Shown here one piece after another: positions 46,461 through 55,320 of a stretch of DNA of 64,000 nucleotides; positions within the stretch are counted from its first letter, which is position 1; each line of letters starts with the position of its first letter. The translations under genes were made by a program, and so were the position numbers. The notes under the pieces are model-generated. The model saw only the letters and a list, made by a program, of their open reading frames with translations, was not told where the DNA came from and ran no database searches. This DNA comes from a virus (Duplodnaviria > Caudoviricetes), in IMG/VR virus record IMGVR_UViG_3300037755_000987, positions 1-64,000 of that record; one strand, written 5' to 3'.

Positions 46461-46753
46461 TCCGGCTGCGCGTCGAAAAGAACCACACCTTCCTGCTGCC
46501 GGGCAAGAAGCAGCACACCTCGAGCCGCTTCTTCGTCCACGTCGCTGGCCGGAAGATCGGGGCGTTCTCAATCGAGGAGGGCGTCGGCAAGGCGATGCTC
46601 GTGCTCGAGGAGGTGACGCTCGCCTACACGTGTCAGGACTGCGATGCCGGCTTCGACTGGCCGCACGGCGCGCAGGACCACGGCTGGCGCTGCGATGGCT
46701 GCGCGGCGAAGCGGAAGGAGAGGGGATTGCCGCGATGGGACATGCGACGGTGA
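46457..46753 (+). CDS. zinc-ribbon hypothetical protein
   Basis: CQDC, CDGC. Confidence 0.55.
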   Translation: MIRLRVEKNHTFLLPGKKQHTSSRFFVHVAGRKIGAFSIEEGVGKAMLVLEEVTLAYTCQDCDAGFDWPHGAQDHGWRCDGCAAKRKERGLPRWDMRR

Positions 46754-47184
46754 GGCACCGCCGGAAGATGCGAGGCCGCGTCTCGGCGGCGGCGCAGCGA
46801 GCGATCGCCAAGGCGAAGCGTGACCAGGGTGGTGCCGGAATAGAGCGCGGTCGGCTCGCCGAAGAGCGCGCGCTGGCGGCGGTGCTCGACCACCGCGAAC
46901 GCTGGCCGGCTTGGCTGACCGGCGTCCGCGCCGCCACCGCCCTCGAGGACCGCCACGGCGTCGACCTCGTCGCCGAGACGGCCGACGCCGGCGAGGTCGG
47001 CATCCAGATCAAGGTGGGGAGCGCCTGGACGATCGCGAAGCACCCGGAGCGCTATCCGGAGGTGCCGTTGCTCGCCGTGGGCAGCGACAGCGGGCGGCCG
47101 CTCTACCAGCGGGCGCTGGGGCGGATCGGGGAAGGGCGTCGTCGGGAGCTGGCGCGGCGGGAAACCGAGGGGGCAACGAGGTGA
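46750..47184 (+). CDS. PD-(D/E)XK nuclease-like protein
   Basis: G-LAEE, EDRHGVDL, GIQIK. Confidence 0.6.
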   Translation: MRHRRKMRGRVSAAAQRAIAKAKRDQGGAGIERGRLAEERALAAVLDHRERWPAWLTGVRAATALEDRHGVDLVAETADAGEVGIQIKVGSAWTIAKHPERYPEVPLLAVGSDSGRPLYQRALGRIGEGRRRELARRETEGATR

Positions 47185-48938
47185 CGGTCCAGCCGATCAG
47201 CGCCACCCGTCCACCCCGCACCTACGGGACCTTGCGGCTGGCGAGCGCCGGCGCCGGGAAGTGGGTGATCGCCGCGGAGCCCCACGTCATCCAGACGGCA
47301 AAGCGGCTCTGGCGCCGGGGCGGCGGGGTGACCGGGAAGATCTACCTCGACGCGACTCCGGCGGCCGCCGTCGATCTCCGCTGGTTCCTCGACCGCTACC
47401 CGCTCGAGATGACGCCCGCCGACGAGTACCGCCTCCATGAGATCGCGGACCGGCACGAAGAGTCGCTCCTGAGGGTCCAGGACTACCTCGGCCACCACGT
47501 CCCGCCGCCCGCGTTCGCCCTCGCACTGCCGCCCCGCGACTACCAGGCGCGGGAGGCGGCGGTCGTGCTCGAGCAAGGGCACCTCCTGGTCGCCGACGAA
47601 GTTGGGCTTGGAAAGACGATCTCGGCGATCGCCGCGATGGCCGACACTCGCGCGCTCCCTGCTGTCGTGGTCACCCTGACGCACCTCCCGCACCAGTGGG
47701 CGGCGGAGGTCCGGAAGTTCGCGCCTGGCCTGCGCGTTCACGTCATCCGCAACGGGCCGCTCTACCCGCTCGACGGGTCGAAACCGAGCGCCGGCCAGGT
47801 CACGCTGCCCGGCTTCGCCACGCCCGACGTGGTCATCACCAGCTACTCCAAGCTGGCGAAGTGGGCGCAGGTGCTCCGTGAGTTCGCCCGCTACGTGGTC
47901 TTCGACGAGGTCCAGGAGTTGCGCCGGGTGGGTTCGCAGAAGTACGAAGCCGCGGCGGCGATCGCCCACGCTCCCGGTGTCGCTTACCGCATGGGGTGCT
48001 CGGCTACCCCAATTTACAATTACGGCGACGAGGTCTTCAGCGTGTTGAACGTCCTCGCTCCGGGCTCCCTTGGGACCTGGAGGGAGTTCTCTTCGGAGTG
48101 GTGCACCCCGATCGGCAACAACCGGCACAAGCTGCGTCAGCCGGCGGCGTTCGGGTCGTGGGCCCGGGAGCAAGGGTTGATGGTCCGGCACACCCGGGTC
48201 GAGGTCGGGCGCGAGTTGCCGGACGTCGTCGTATCCGTCCAGGAGATCGGGGCCGAGGCCCACCGGCTCGAGGAGATCGAAGGCCGCGCCGCCGAGCTCG
48301 CCAGAATCCTGATGGACTCCGCCGCCCGCGAGAAGGGCGAGAAGCTGATGGCGGGCGGCGAGCTCGACCGGATCTTGCGGCAGGCGACGGGCCTGGCGAA
48401 GGCACCGTACGTCGCGGAGTTCGTCCGGCTGTTGGTCGAATCCGGCGAGCGGGTGCTCCTGGCGGGGTGGCACCACGCATGCTACGACCTGTGGGCCGAG
48501 CGCCTGGCGCCGCTCCGGGTCGGCCGCTACACCGGGCACGAGACGTCGGCGCAGAAGCAGTTAATCGCCGGCGCCTTCATCGCCGGCGACCTCGACGTCC
48601 TGATGATCTCGCTGCGCGCCGGCGCCGGCCTCGACGGGCTGCAGGAGGCGGCGCGGGTGGTCGTCTTCGGCGAACTGGACTGGTCGCCTGGCGTCCACGA
48701 ACAGGTGATCGGGCGTCTCCACCGCGACGGGCAGCCCGACCCGGTCGTCGCCTACTACCTGGTGGCGGACAGCGGGTCTGACCCGGTCGTCGCGCAGGTG
48801 CTTGGGGTCAAGAAACAGCAGGCCCTGGGCGTGGTCGACCCGCACGCGAAGGAAGGAGACGGCCAACTCCTCGCCGGAGCGCAGGCGGATCGGGCGCGAC
48901 AGCTCGCCGAGTCCTGGATGGCGAGGTCGCAGCGATGA
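47181..48938 (+). CDS. SNF2-related SF2 helicase/ATPase
   Basis: VADEVGLGKT, VFDEVQELR, SATPIYN, SLRAGAGLDGLQ, DWSPGVHEQ-GRLHR-GQ. Confidence 0.92.
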   Translation: MTVQPISATRPPRTYGTLRLASAGAGKWVIAAEPHVIQTAKRLWRRGGGVTGKIYLDATPAAAVDLRWFLDRYPLEMTPADEYRLHEIADRHEESLLRVQDYLGHHVPPPAFALALPPRDYQAREAAVVLEQGHLLVADEVGLGKTISAIAAMADTRALPAVVVTLTHLPHQWAAEVRKFAPGLRVHVIRNGPLYPLDGSKPSAGQVTLPGFATPDVVITSYSKLAKWAQVLREFARYVVFDEVQELRRVGSQKYEAAAAIAHAPGVAYRMGCSATPIYNYGDEVFSVLNVLAPGSLGTWREFSSEWCTPIGNNRHKLRQPAAFGSWAREQGLMVRHTRVEVGRELPDVVVSVQEIGAEAHRLEEIEGRAAELARILMDSAAREKGEKLMAGGELDRILRQATGLAKAPYVAEFVRLLVESGERVLLAGWHHACYDLWAERLAPLRVGRYTGHETSAQKQLIAGAFIAGDLDVLMISLRAGAGLDGLQEAARVVVFGELDWSPGVHEQVIGRLHRDGQPDPVVAYYLVADSGSDPVVAQVLGVKKQQALGVVDPHAKEGDGQLLAGAQADRARQLAESWMARSQR

Positions 48939-49282
48939 CGCCGGCCGAGGTGGCGCGCGCCATCGAAGCCCGGCCCGGCAGGTGGGCTGACGAGGAGCAA
49001 CTGCAAGAGCACCTCGCTCAGGTGCTGGCGCCGCTCGGTTTTACTCGAGAGGTGATCGCCGGCGCCGACCGTTTCGACTTCGCGGCTGACGGGCTGATCG
49101 TCGAGGTCAAGGTCGGCGGCACGCCGGCGACGGTCATCCGCCAGCTTCTGCGCTACGCCGCTCGGCCGGACGTGTCGGGGCTGGTGCTCGCCGCGACGAA
49201 AGCGTCCCTCGGCGCAACCCCCGACACGCTGTCGGGCAAGCCGGTGGCGATCGCCCGGCTGTGGCTGTGGGGGCTGCTGTGA
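48935..49282 (+). CDS. small PD-(D/E)XK nuclease
   Basis: EEQLQE, RFDF, IVEVK, QLLRY. Confidence 0.65.
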   Translation: MTPAEVARAIEARPGRWADEEQLQEHLAQVLAPLGFTREVIAGADRFDFAADGLIVEVKVGGTPATVIRQLLRYAARPDVSGLVLAATKASLGATPDTLSGKPVAIARLWLWGLL

Positions 49283-50169
49283 GCCGCTTCGCGCCGGGCG
49301 ACCGCGTCGAGTGGGTCTCGCGCTCCGGCATCCGGCGAGAGGGCGAGATCGTCGAGGCCCTGCCGGGCAAGCAGTGGGCGGTGCGGCCGGATGGGTGCGC
49401 GGTGGAGCAGGCGGTGGACGCCGACGACCTGAGCCGCATCCCGGAGCCGGCGGACGCCTTGGAGCTCGGCGGCCCGGTGTCGGCCGTCCTCACGGTGCGG
49501 CAGCGAGAGAGCCGGGCTCGCAAGGCGGCGCTCGCAACACCGCCGGCGCAGCGCCGCGAACGGGCGAGACGAGCCGGGAAGGCGTCGGCGGCGAAGCGCG
49601 AACGCGAGCGGCAGCCGCCGGCCGCCGCCCCGCAGCACGCCGGCGACTTCGGCAGGGCCGGTGGGTTGGCGAGCGCCCAACGGCGAAGGGAGCGCGCCGC
49701 CACGGTCGATCAACCCCCCGCCGGGAAGAACCCCGCCGCCGTGGCGCTCGGGAAGCTCGGCGGCAAGAAGGGCGCCGAAGGCCGCATGGCGAAGCTCTCG
49801 CCGGAGGAGCGGTCGCGGATCGCGGCGCGGGCAGCGCGGGTACGGTGGGCGAAGACGAAGAGCGCGACCCCGGTCGCCGACGTCCAGCACGGCACCCGCC
49901 ACGCCTACATGAACCGCGGCTGCCGGTGCGCTCCCTGCCGGCAGGCGAACACCGACTACAACCGCGAGCGCTACCAGCAGCAACGGCGGGGGCTGCCGGC
50001 GACCAACGACCGCCGGAAGGTCACCCTTCGCGGTGGCGGCTCGCTCGTTGTCGAGGTCCGCGGGCTGACGGCGGCCGACGACGACATCCGCCTGGTCAAC
50101 GCGATCGCGGCCGCCATCGAGCTCTACGACGCCGCCGCGGGCGAGGGCGACGAGGCCAGCGAGCAATGA
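49279..50169 (+). CDS. mosaic basic nucleic-acid-binding protein
   Basis: SH3-like N-terminus; GRAGG/GKLGG repeats; KNPAAVALGKLGG-LSPEERSRIA; HGTRHAY-GCRC--C. Confidence 0.65.
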   Translation: MSRFAPGDRVEWVSRSGIRREGEIVEALPGKQWAVRPDGCAVEQAVDADDLSRIPEPADALELGGPVSAVLTVRQRESRARKAALATPPAQRRERARRAGKASAAKRERERQPPAAAPQHAGDFGRAGGLASAQRRRERAATVDQPPAGKNPAAVALGKLGGKKGAEGRMAKLSPEERSRIAARAARVRWAKTKSATPVADVQHGTRHAYMNRGCRCAPCRQANTDYNRERYQQQRRGLPATNDRRKVTLRGGGSLVVEVRGLTAADDDIRLVNAIAAAIELYDAAAGEGDEASEQ

Positions 50170-50250
50170 CGACCCCTGCCGGCCCCGAACCACGGCCCGC
50201 CCCTTCTTCTGCTACGCTCGCGCTCGCCAAGGGAGACACACCAAAGGGTG

Positions 50251-50325
50251 GGGCCGGGGTTGGCGGTGTCGCGCTCGGTCGATCACGGGCTGAACGCGGG
50301 TCGTGGTCGCCGCTGGCCCCGGCCC
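50251..50325 (+). promoter_or_regulatory. 16-bp stem hairpin upstream of head gene
   Basis: 50251-50266 pairs with 50310-50325 (3 G-U). Confidence 0.55.
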
Positions 50326-50351
50326 CCGCTTCGTTGGCATAGCATCCAGCC

Positions 50352-52685
50352 GTGAGCCTCCACGACGACGTCCTCGAGCGCCTGACCGGCTACGGCGCCC
50401 GCCTCCACAGCTTCGACGACGGCACCGTCTCGCTGATCCGCAAGATGCTCGAGGACCTCGAGGCGTCGCTGGTCGAACAGTTTCGGCTCGCCGACCCGAC
50501 GGCCATCGCGCGGCGCACCCACCGCCTCGCCCGCCTCGAGGCCATCCTCGCCCAGACCCGCGCCACGATCGACGGCACCTACGCTGAGCTCGGATCGACG
50601 CTGCGCAGCCGCCTCGAGGAGGTCGCGGGGTTCTCGATCGAGTTCACGCACGGCACGCTCGTCACTATGCTCGGCCCGGTCCGCACGGCGGTCGGCATCA
50701 ACACCGTCACCGTCTCGCCGGAGCTGCTGCGCCGCCTGGCTGACGACACGCTCATCTCGATGGGCGGGCGGACCGGAGCGGCGCCGGTCAAGGAGTGGCT
50801 CGCCACCCAGAAGGACGACGTCGTCAAGGCGTTCGCCGGCCAGATGCGCGAAGGATTGATGCGCGGCGAGGGCATCCCGGAGCTCGCCCGCCGGATCTCC
50901 GGCGGTGGCCGGCACGACGGCATCGGACCGATCTCGCGGGAGTGGGCGGAGGCCCTGGCGCGCACGGCCAACACGGCGGTGACGGCGGAAGCGCGGGAAG
51001 ACGTCTACGCCGCCAATTCGGCCGTGGTGAAGGGCATCTTCCACGTGACGACCCGTGATGAACGGACTTGCTTCGCTGCCGGCACGCTCGTACGATTGAG
51101 TGATGCGTCAGTCAAGCCAATCGAGGAGATCGTCCCCGGAGACACGATCATCTCCGGTTGCGGCCGCCCTCGAAGCGTCAGAGGAGTCCTCGAGCGGGTC
51201 GCCGCCGACTGGCGAACGATCGCCATCGCCGGCGGCGAGCTCGTTCACTGCACCGCCACGCACCCCTTCTGGACCGCCCGCGGCTGGCGGGAGGCCGAAG
51301 CGTTCAAGCCTGGAGACGTCATCGCTGTCGGCACCGTGTCTGGCCTGCGGCGGGACGCTGCCAGAGAAGCCGAAGGGACGGCGAGGGGGACCACTCGGAC
51401 CTCCGCGCCTCTACTGCTCGCCGCGATGCCAGGAGAAGGGCAAGAGAAACATCCAGGTGACAGGACGCTGCGAGGCCTGCGGAAACGATTGTCGGTCCTA
51501 CCCCAGTACGCCGCGCCGCTACTGCTCGCGAGCCTGCTACCTCGCGGCCAAGGCCAGCACGCGGCTGAAGCTGACGTGCGGGGCGTGCGGTCGCCCGTTC
51601 AAGGTGAGGGCCTCACGCGGCAAGAGGGAGGGGGGTCGGTCGCCGAAGTACTGCAGCCGGGCGTGCACACGCAAGGCGCTGGGCTTCCGACCGCCACGGG
51701 AGAAGGTTTGCGCGCGGTGCGGCGTCGGCTTTTCGGTCGAGGGCCGGCGAACAGAAAAGGCGAAGTACTGCTCGCTCGCCTGCAAGCATGGGCCGCGGAT
51801 CGAGCGACTCTGCCCCTCCTGCGGCGCATCGTTTTCGCATGTCCCGGCGCTGGATCAGGTCTACTGCTCGGTCGCGTGCTACAGAAGGAGTGCCGCCGAA
51901 ACCCGCACGGAAACGATGGTGAGGCTCGAGCTCGAGGAGATGGACCTGCCCTACGAGCAAGAGGTCAAGGTGGGTCGCTACTCCATCGACTTCGTCGTCT
52001 GCGGCTGGCTGGCTGTCGAACTCGACGGGACCTACTGGCACCGCAATCGCCCGGCAGCGAGGAAGGACGCGGCGGTGAGAGCGGCGGGCTACACGCTTCT
52101 GAGGATCACCCTCGACACGGCGACAGACGAGTCGCGCCTTCGTGTTCTGCGTCTACTGTGCCGCGCCCTTGCGGCTGGGCCGAGGTCGTCGCGATCGAGA
52201 GCGATCAGACGCCGGCCCTCTGTTACGACCTCGAGATCGAAGGCGACCACAGCTTCCTTGTCGGCCACGCCGGCCTGATCGCCCACAACACGATCGTCTG
52301 TCTGGCCTACGCCGGAAAAGCCTTCGTCCGCGACGCCGACGGCTTCTACCAGCCGCTCGGCCACAAGCTCCCGTACAACGGCGGCGTTCCGCGGCACGTC
52401 AGATGCCGGTCGGTCGAGGCTCCGATGGTGCGGTCGCTCAAGGAGCTCGGGTTGAGCGAGTCCGAGGTTCCACCTGAGCTGCGATCCGCCTTCGGCGCCA
52501 TGCCGCCGGCTGAGCAGCAGGGCGAGGCGATCCTCGCGGGGCTGAAGAAGAGCCAGCAGCTCAAGGTGCTCGGCCGCCGGCGGTACGACCTCTGGAAGCG
52601 CGGCGACGTGGGCCTCGCGCAGATGATCTCGCCCGACGGCCAGGTGCTCCGCCTCGACGAGATCGCGGCCGCGGCCACCTCCTGA
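50352..52685 (+). CDS. MuF/gpF (SPP1 gp7-like) head morphogenesis protein with intein
   Basis: LARTANTAV, exteins rejoin as DERT/TIVC, C-terminal PRHVRCRS; about 370 aa after splicing. Confidence 0.9.
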   Translation: MSLHDDVLERLTGYGARLHSFDDGTVSLIRKMLEDLEASLVEQFRLADPTAIARRTHRLARLEAILAQTRATIDGTYAELGSTLRSRLEEVAGFSIEFTHGTLVTMLGPVRTAVGINTVTVSPELLRRLADDTLISMGGRTGAAPVKEWLATQKDDVVKAFAGQMREGLMRGEGIPELARRISGGGRHDGIGPISREWAEALARTANTAVTAEAREDVYAANSAVVKGIFHVTTRDERTCFAAGTLVRLSDASVKPIEEIVPGDTIISGCGRPRSVRGVLERVAADWRTIAIAGGELVHCTATHPFWTARGWREAEAFKPGDVIAVGTVSGLRRDAAREAEGTARGTTRTSAPLLLAAMPGEGQEKHPGDRTLRGLRKRLSVLPQYAAPLLLASLLPRGQGQHAAEADVRGVRSPVQGEGLTRQEGGGSVAEVLQPGVHTQGAGLPTATGEGLRAVRRRLFGRGPANRKGEVLLARLQAWAADRATLPLLRRIVFACPGAGSGLLLGRVLQKECRRNPHGNDGEARARGDGPALRARGQGGSLLHRLRRLRLAGCRTRRDLLAPQSPGSEEGRGGESGGLHASEDHPRHGDRRVAPSCSASTVPRPCGWAEVVAIESDQTPALCYDLEIEGDHSFLVGHAGLIAHNTIVCLAYAGKAFVRDADGFYQPLGHKLPYNGGVPRHVRCRSVEAPMVRSLKELGLSESEVPPELRSAFGAMPPAEQQGEAILAGLKKSQQLKVLGRRRYDLWKRGDVGLAQMISPDGQVLRLDEIAAAATS
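51069..52289 (+). mobile_element. intein (407 aa)
   Basis: CFAAGT N-terminus, block B CTATHPF, block F YDLEIEGDHSF, block G AHN, +1 residue Thr. Confidence 0.93.
51103..52278 (+). CDS. zinc-finger plus Vsr/DUF559 (EDxHD-like) endonuclease in the +1 frame of the intein
   Basis: Five CxxCG...YCSxxC repeats, then YSIDF-LAVELDGTYWH-KD--GYTLLRI; start uncertain (ATG 51103 or CTG 51325). Confidence 0.85.
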   Translation: MRQSSQSRRSSPETRSSPVAAALEASEESSSGSPPTGERSPSPAASSFTAPPRTPSGPPAAGGRPKRSSLETSSLSAPCLACGGTLPEKPKGRRGGPLGPPRLYCSPRCQEKGKRNIQVTGRCEACGNDCRSYPSTPRRYCSRACYLAAKASTRLKLTCGACGRPFKVRASRGKREGGRSPKYCSRACTRKALGFRPPREKVCARCGVGFSVEGRRTEKAKYCSLACKHGPRIERLCPSCGASFSHVPALDQVYCSVACYRRSAAETRTETMVRLELEEMDLPYEQEVKVGRYSIDFVVCGWLAVELDGTYWHRNRPAARKDAAVRAAGYTLLRITLDTATDESRLRVLRLLCRALAAGPRSSRSRAIRRRPSVTTSRSKATTASLSATPA

Positions 52686-52689
52686 ACGC

Positions 52690-53440
52690 CGCCACCGATC
52701 GCCACCCGCGCCCCGGGCCGCGATAGCTCCCCGTCCGGGTCAAAACGATGTGTCTAGGTGAATTAGACGCGGTGACCCCACCACCCCGCAATTCGCGGCG
52801 CGCGGGCCGTGTTTAAGGATAATTGCGGGGACGTTTCGGGTAATTGCGACCTGCAATTATCGGAGTGTTGTCTTGAAGAGAGGACCTCCAAACCTAACCA
52901 GGAGAGAGCGTTGTAAGATATCCGGGAAATTATCCAAACCGTTGGACCTTTTTGGGCCGCCCTTGATTGACGAAATGCCCCGTCATTTGTCGGGGACAAC
53001 AGCGTTTGAAGAGGAGCCGTCGGTCAAAGCCGCGGCCGGCCCACAACTTCGTCAGCCCGCAGAGCTTGCAGCGGTGGCACGTTCATTGCCCCGGGTGACC
53101 CCTCCGGGATAGTTGCTACACTCAATTACCGTCCAATTCAATTGGAATGGGGTCCAATTCAAACCCCACGTCTCGCGCTAAGACACAGAAACGACGCTCA
53201 GGACTCAACAAGCACGCGGGTTTTGAAAGAACGTCTGTGAATTAACTCGGGTGACCCCAGGGGGACATCGCGCGCACGTTAACCAGAATAAGATAAAACA
53301 TGGGGGTGTAGGGGCTCTTTTATCAGTGGTAAGAAACCACAACCCGCGCGCGCGAGGGGCACCGGCCGCGAAAGAGCCGCCCCGCAAAAACCAAGGACGT
53401 GGTACGATGGTGACTCGCTCTCAGGGTAGGCTCGACCAGA
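52690..53440. other. low-GC, inverted-repeat-rich non-coding island
   Basis: About 55% GC by hand count over 52741-53400; many stems; no convincing ORF. Confidence 0.75.
53386..53408 (+). repeat. 23-bp direct repeat / extended -10 promoter upstream of tnpB
   Basis: AAAAACCAAGGACGTGGTACGAT, 20/23 identical to 54589-54611. Confidence 0.75.
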
Positions 53441-53441
53441 G

Positions 53442-54542
53442 ATGATCCGCACCTACCGCTACCCACTCAAGCCGACGCGCGACCAGGTTCGCGTGCTCTA
53501 TTCGTGGCTCTCCTACTGCTGCGACCTCTACAACGCGGCCCTAGAGCATCGGATCGGAGCATGGCAGCAAAGTCGCGTTTCGGTGAGCTACAACGCGCAG
53601 TCCGTGGAGCTCACCGGGCTGAGGGCAGACGACGACCTCGCGGCGTCCATCCCGGTAGATGTGCAGCGCTCCGCGCTTCGTCGAGTCGACCGAGCCTTCC
53701 AGGCGTTCTTCCGACGAGTGAAGTCCGGCGATCGCCGGCCCGGCTTCCCGCGCTTCCGCAGCCGCCGGCGCTACGACTCCTTCGGGATCGGGCGGGTGAC
53801 GCCGGATGGCGACCGGGTCCGCGTCCCGAAGCTCGGGGCGGTGCGGTTCCACCTCTACCGGCCGCTGGTCGGCGAGGTCAAGGAGGTCACGATCCGCCGC
53901 TCGTGTGGTCGCTGGTTCGTGTGCTTCAACTGCGAGGTCGGCGCGGCGCCGGCGAAGCGGGCGGTCCGCTCCGCGATCGGCGTCGACCTCGGGCTGACCG
54001 CCTTCGCTGTCACCTCGGAAGGAAGGCGCTACGCCAACCCCCGGCACTTCAAGCGCGGCGAGGAGCTACTCGCGAAGCGCCAGCGACGGCTCGCCCGCCG
54101 CAGGCGCGGATCGAAGTCTCGCGAGCGTGCCCGCCTCCTGGTGGCGAAGGCGCACGAGCACGTCAAGCGCCAACGGCTCGACCACGCCTGGAAGCTGGCC
54201 GGCGCGCTGGTGGCTGAGCATGACCTGATCGCGGTCGAGGCCCTGAACATCGCGGGCCTCGCCCGAATGGACCTGAGCAAATCCGTCGCTGACGCCGGCT
54301 GGCGGGTGTTCCTCGAACGACTCGCACTCAAGGCAGAATGCGCCGGGGTGACGGTGGTCGAGGTGGACCCGCGGGGCACGTCGCAGCGCTGCTCAGGCTG
54401 TAGCGAGGTGGTGGAGAAGCGGCTGTGGGACCGCGTCCACGACTGCCCGCACTGCGGGCTGGTGCTGGACCGGGACTGGAACGCCGCCCTGAACATCCTG
54501 AACCTTGGCTATTCGCCCGGTAAGGGCGAGGCGGCAGCGTGA
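53442..54542 (+). CDS. tnpB: IS200/IS605-family RNA-guided endonuclease TnpB (no tnpA)
   Basis: RTYRYPLKP, GFPRFRS, IGVDLG (RuvC-I D), IAVEAL (RuvC-II E), CSGC/CPHC, DRDWNAALNI (RuvC-III D). Confidence 0.95.
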   Translation: MIRTYRYPLKPTRDQVRVLYSWLSYCCDLYNAALEHRIGAWQQSRVSVSYNAQSVELTGLRADDDLAASIPVDVQRSALRRVDRAFQAFFRRVKSGDRRPGFPRFRSRRRYDSFGIGRVTPDGDRVRVPKLGAVRFHLYRPLVGEVKEVTIRRSCGRWFVCFNCEVGAAPAKRAVRSAIGVDLGLTAFAVTSEGRRYANPRHFKRGEELLAKRQRRLARRRRGSKSRERARLLVAKAHEHVKRQRLDHAWKLAGALVAEHDLIAVEALNIAGLARMDLSKSVADAGWRVFLERLALKAECAGVTVVEVDPRGTSQRCSGCSEVVEKRLWDRVHDCPHCGLVLDRDWNAALNILNLGYSPGKGEAAA

Positions 54543-54588
54543 GCGCCGAAGGCTCAAACGGAGCCACTACCCAAAAAGAGCTTTCCCG

Positions 54589-54611
54589 AAAAACCTAGGA
54601 AATGGTACGAT
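54589..54611 (+). repeat. 23-bp direct repeat / extended -10 promoter downstream of tnpB
   Basis: AAAAACCTAGGAAATGGTACGAT. Confidence 0.75.
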
Positions 54612-54643
54612 CCAAGAACACCACCTCTCCGCACGGAGGCGAC

Positions 54644-55126
54644 ATGACCAACACCACCCCCCTCAACCCTGAAGAGCTCACCGCCGCCGCGATGGCGCTG
54701 GGCGCACTCCAGCGCCAACAGGTCGCCGGCGGCGACGCGGCCCTCTGGGTCGACCGCTACGGCGAGCGCCTGATCGCCACGGTCCTGCGTTCGCAGCGCG
54801 ACCTGGGTCGCTACCGACGCAGTCACCGGGCGCTCCAGAACGTCGGCACCGCTGGCGCGAAGTTCCTGAAGGTGTCCTCGGACCTCGTCACGCAGCACGC
54901 TGGACTCCTGCCGAAGAGGTTCGCCGAAGCCTTCCGCGCCGCTGGCCGAGCCGGCAGTTCGGTCGTCCTCGGCCAACTCGCCGTGGCGTCCGCCGCGCTC
55001 GAGCACGACGACCGCGAGGCGATCGACGCAGCGGCCAGGAAGGAAGCGCTCAGCTACCTCGGCAAGAACGCGGCGAACACGTCAACCGACGAGCTGAACC
55101 TCGAGGTGCCGGACACCGTCCACTGA
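54644..55126 (+). CDS. helical hypothetical protein
   Basis: CACGGAGG RBS. Confidence 0.65.
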   Translation: MTNTTPLNPEELTAAAMALGALQRQQVAGGDAALWVDRYGERLIATVLRSQRDLGRYRRSHRALQNVGTAGAKFLKVSSDLVTQHAGLLPKRFAEAFRAAGRAGSSVVLGQLAVASAALEHDDREAIDAAARKEALSYLGKNAANTSTDELNLEVPDTVH

Positions 55127-55272
55127 GCCCCGCCCGCGAATTGCGCGCCACCGCTCAGCCGCGCTATCCTGACCCCGCTCCTTCCCTCCTCACCCCGCCT
55201 GGCGGCCCCGACAGAGACTGCCGGGCGGGGCCTTGTCGGCCCCCTCCGCCGCATCGCTCCATCCTCGAAGGG

Positions 55273-55302
55273 TTGACACCTCGCCTCGCCGTGCTGTACA
55301 AC
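55273..55302 (+). promoter_or_regulatory. putative promoter of scaffold/capsid operon
   Basis: TTGACA-18 nt-TACAAC. Confidence 0.6.
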
Positions 55303-55320
55303 TTCCTCCCGTGAGAAGCC

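Noticed and set aside
50166-50342. 58-aa ORF before the head gene
   Set aside because: Coincides with a long hairpin; low complexity
52690-53440. Possible CRISPR-like mini-array for TnpB
   Set aside because: Repeats are 7-10 bp and irregularly spaced (323 and 156 bp)
52763-53445. Short ORFs in the low-GC island, including 53251-53445 with an initiator-linker-like NQNKIK-GGVG-RAR stretch
   Set aside because: Short, interrupted by stops, atypical codon usage; not supportable as genes
54540-54590. IS right end at GGCTCAA (TCAA) and a defined guide
   Set aside because: The following bases pair with it (GGCTC/GAGCC) and no matching left end/TAM was found; boundary not callable
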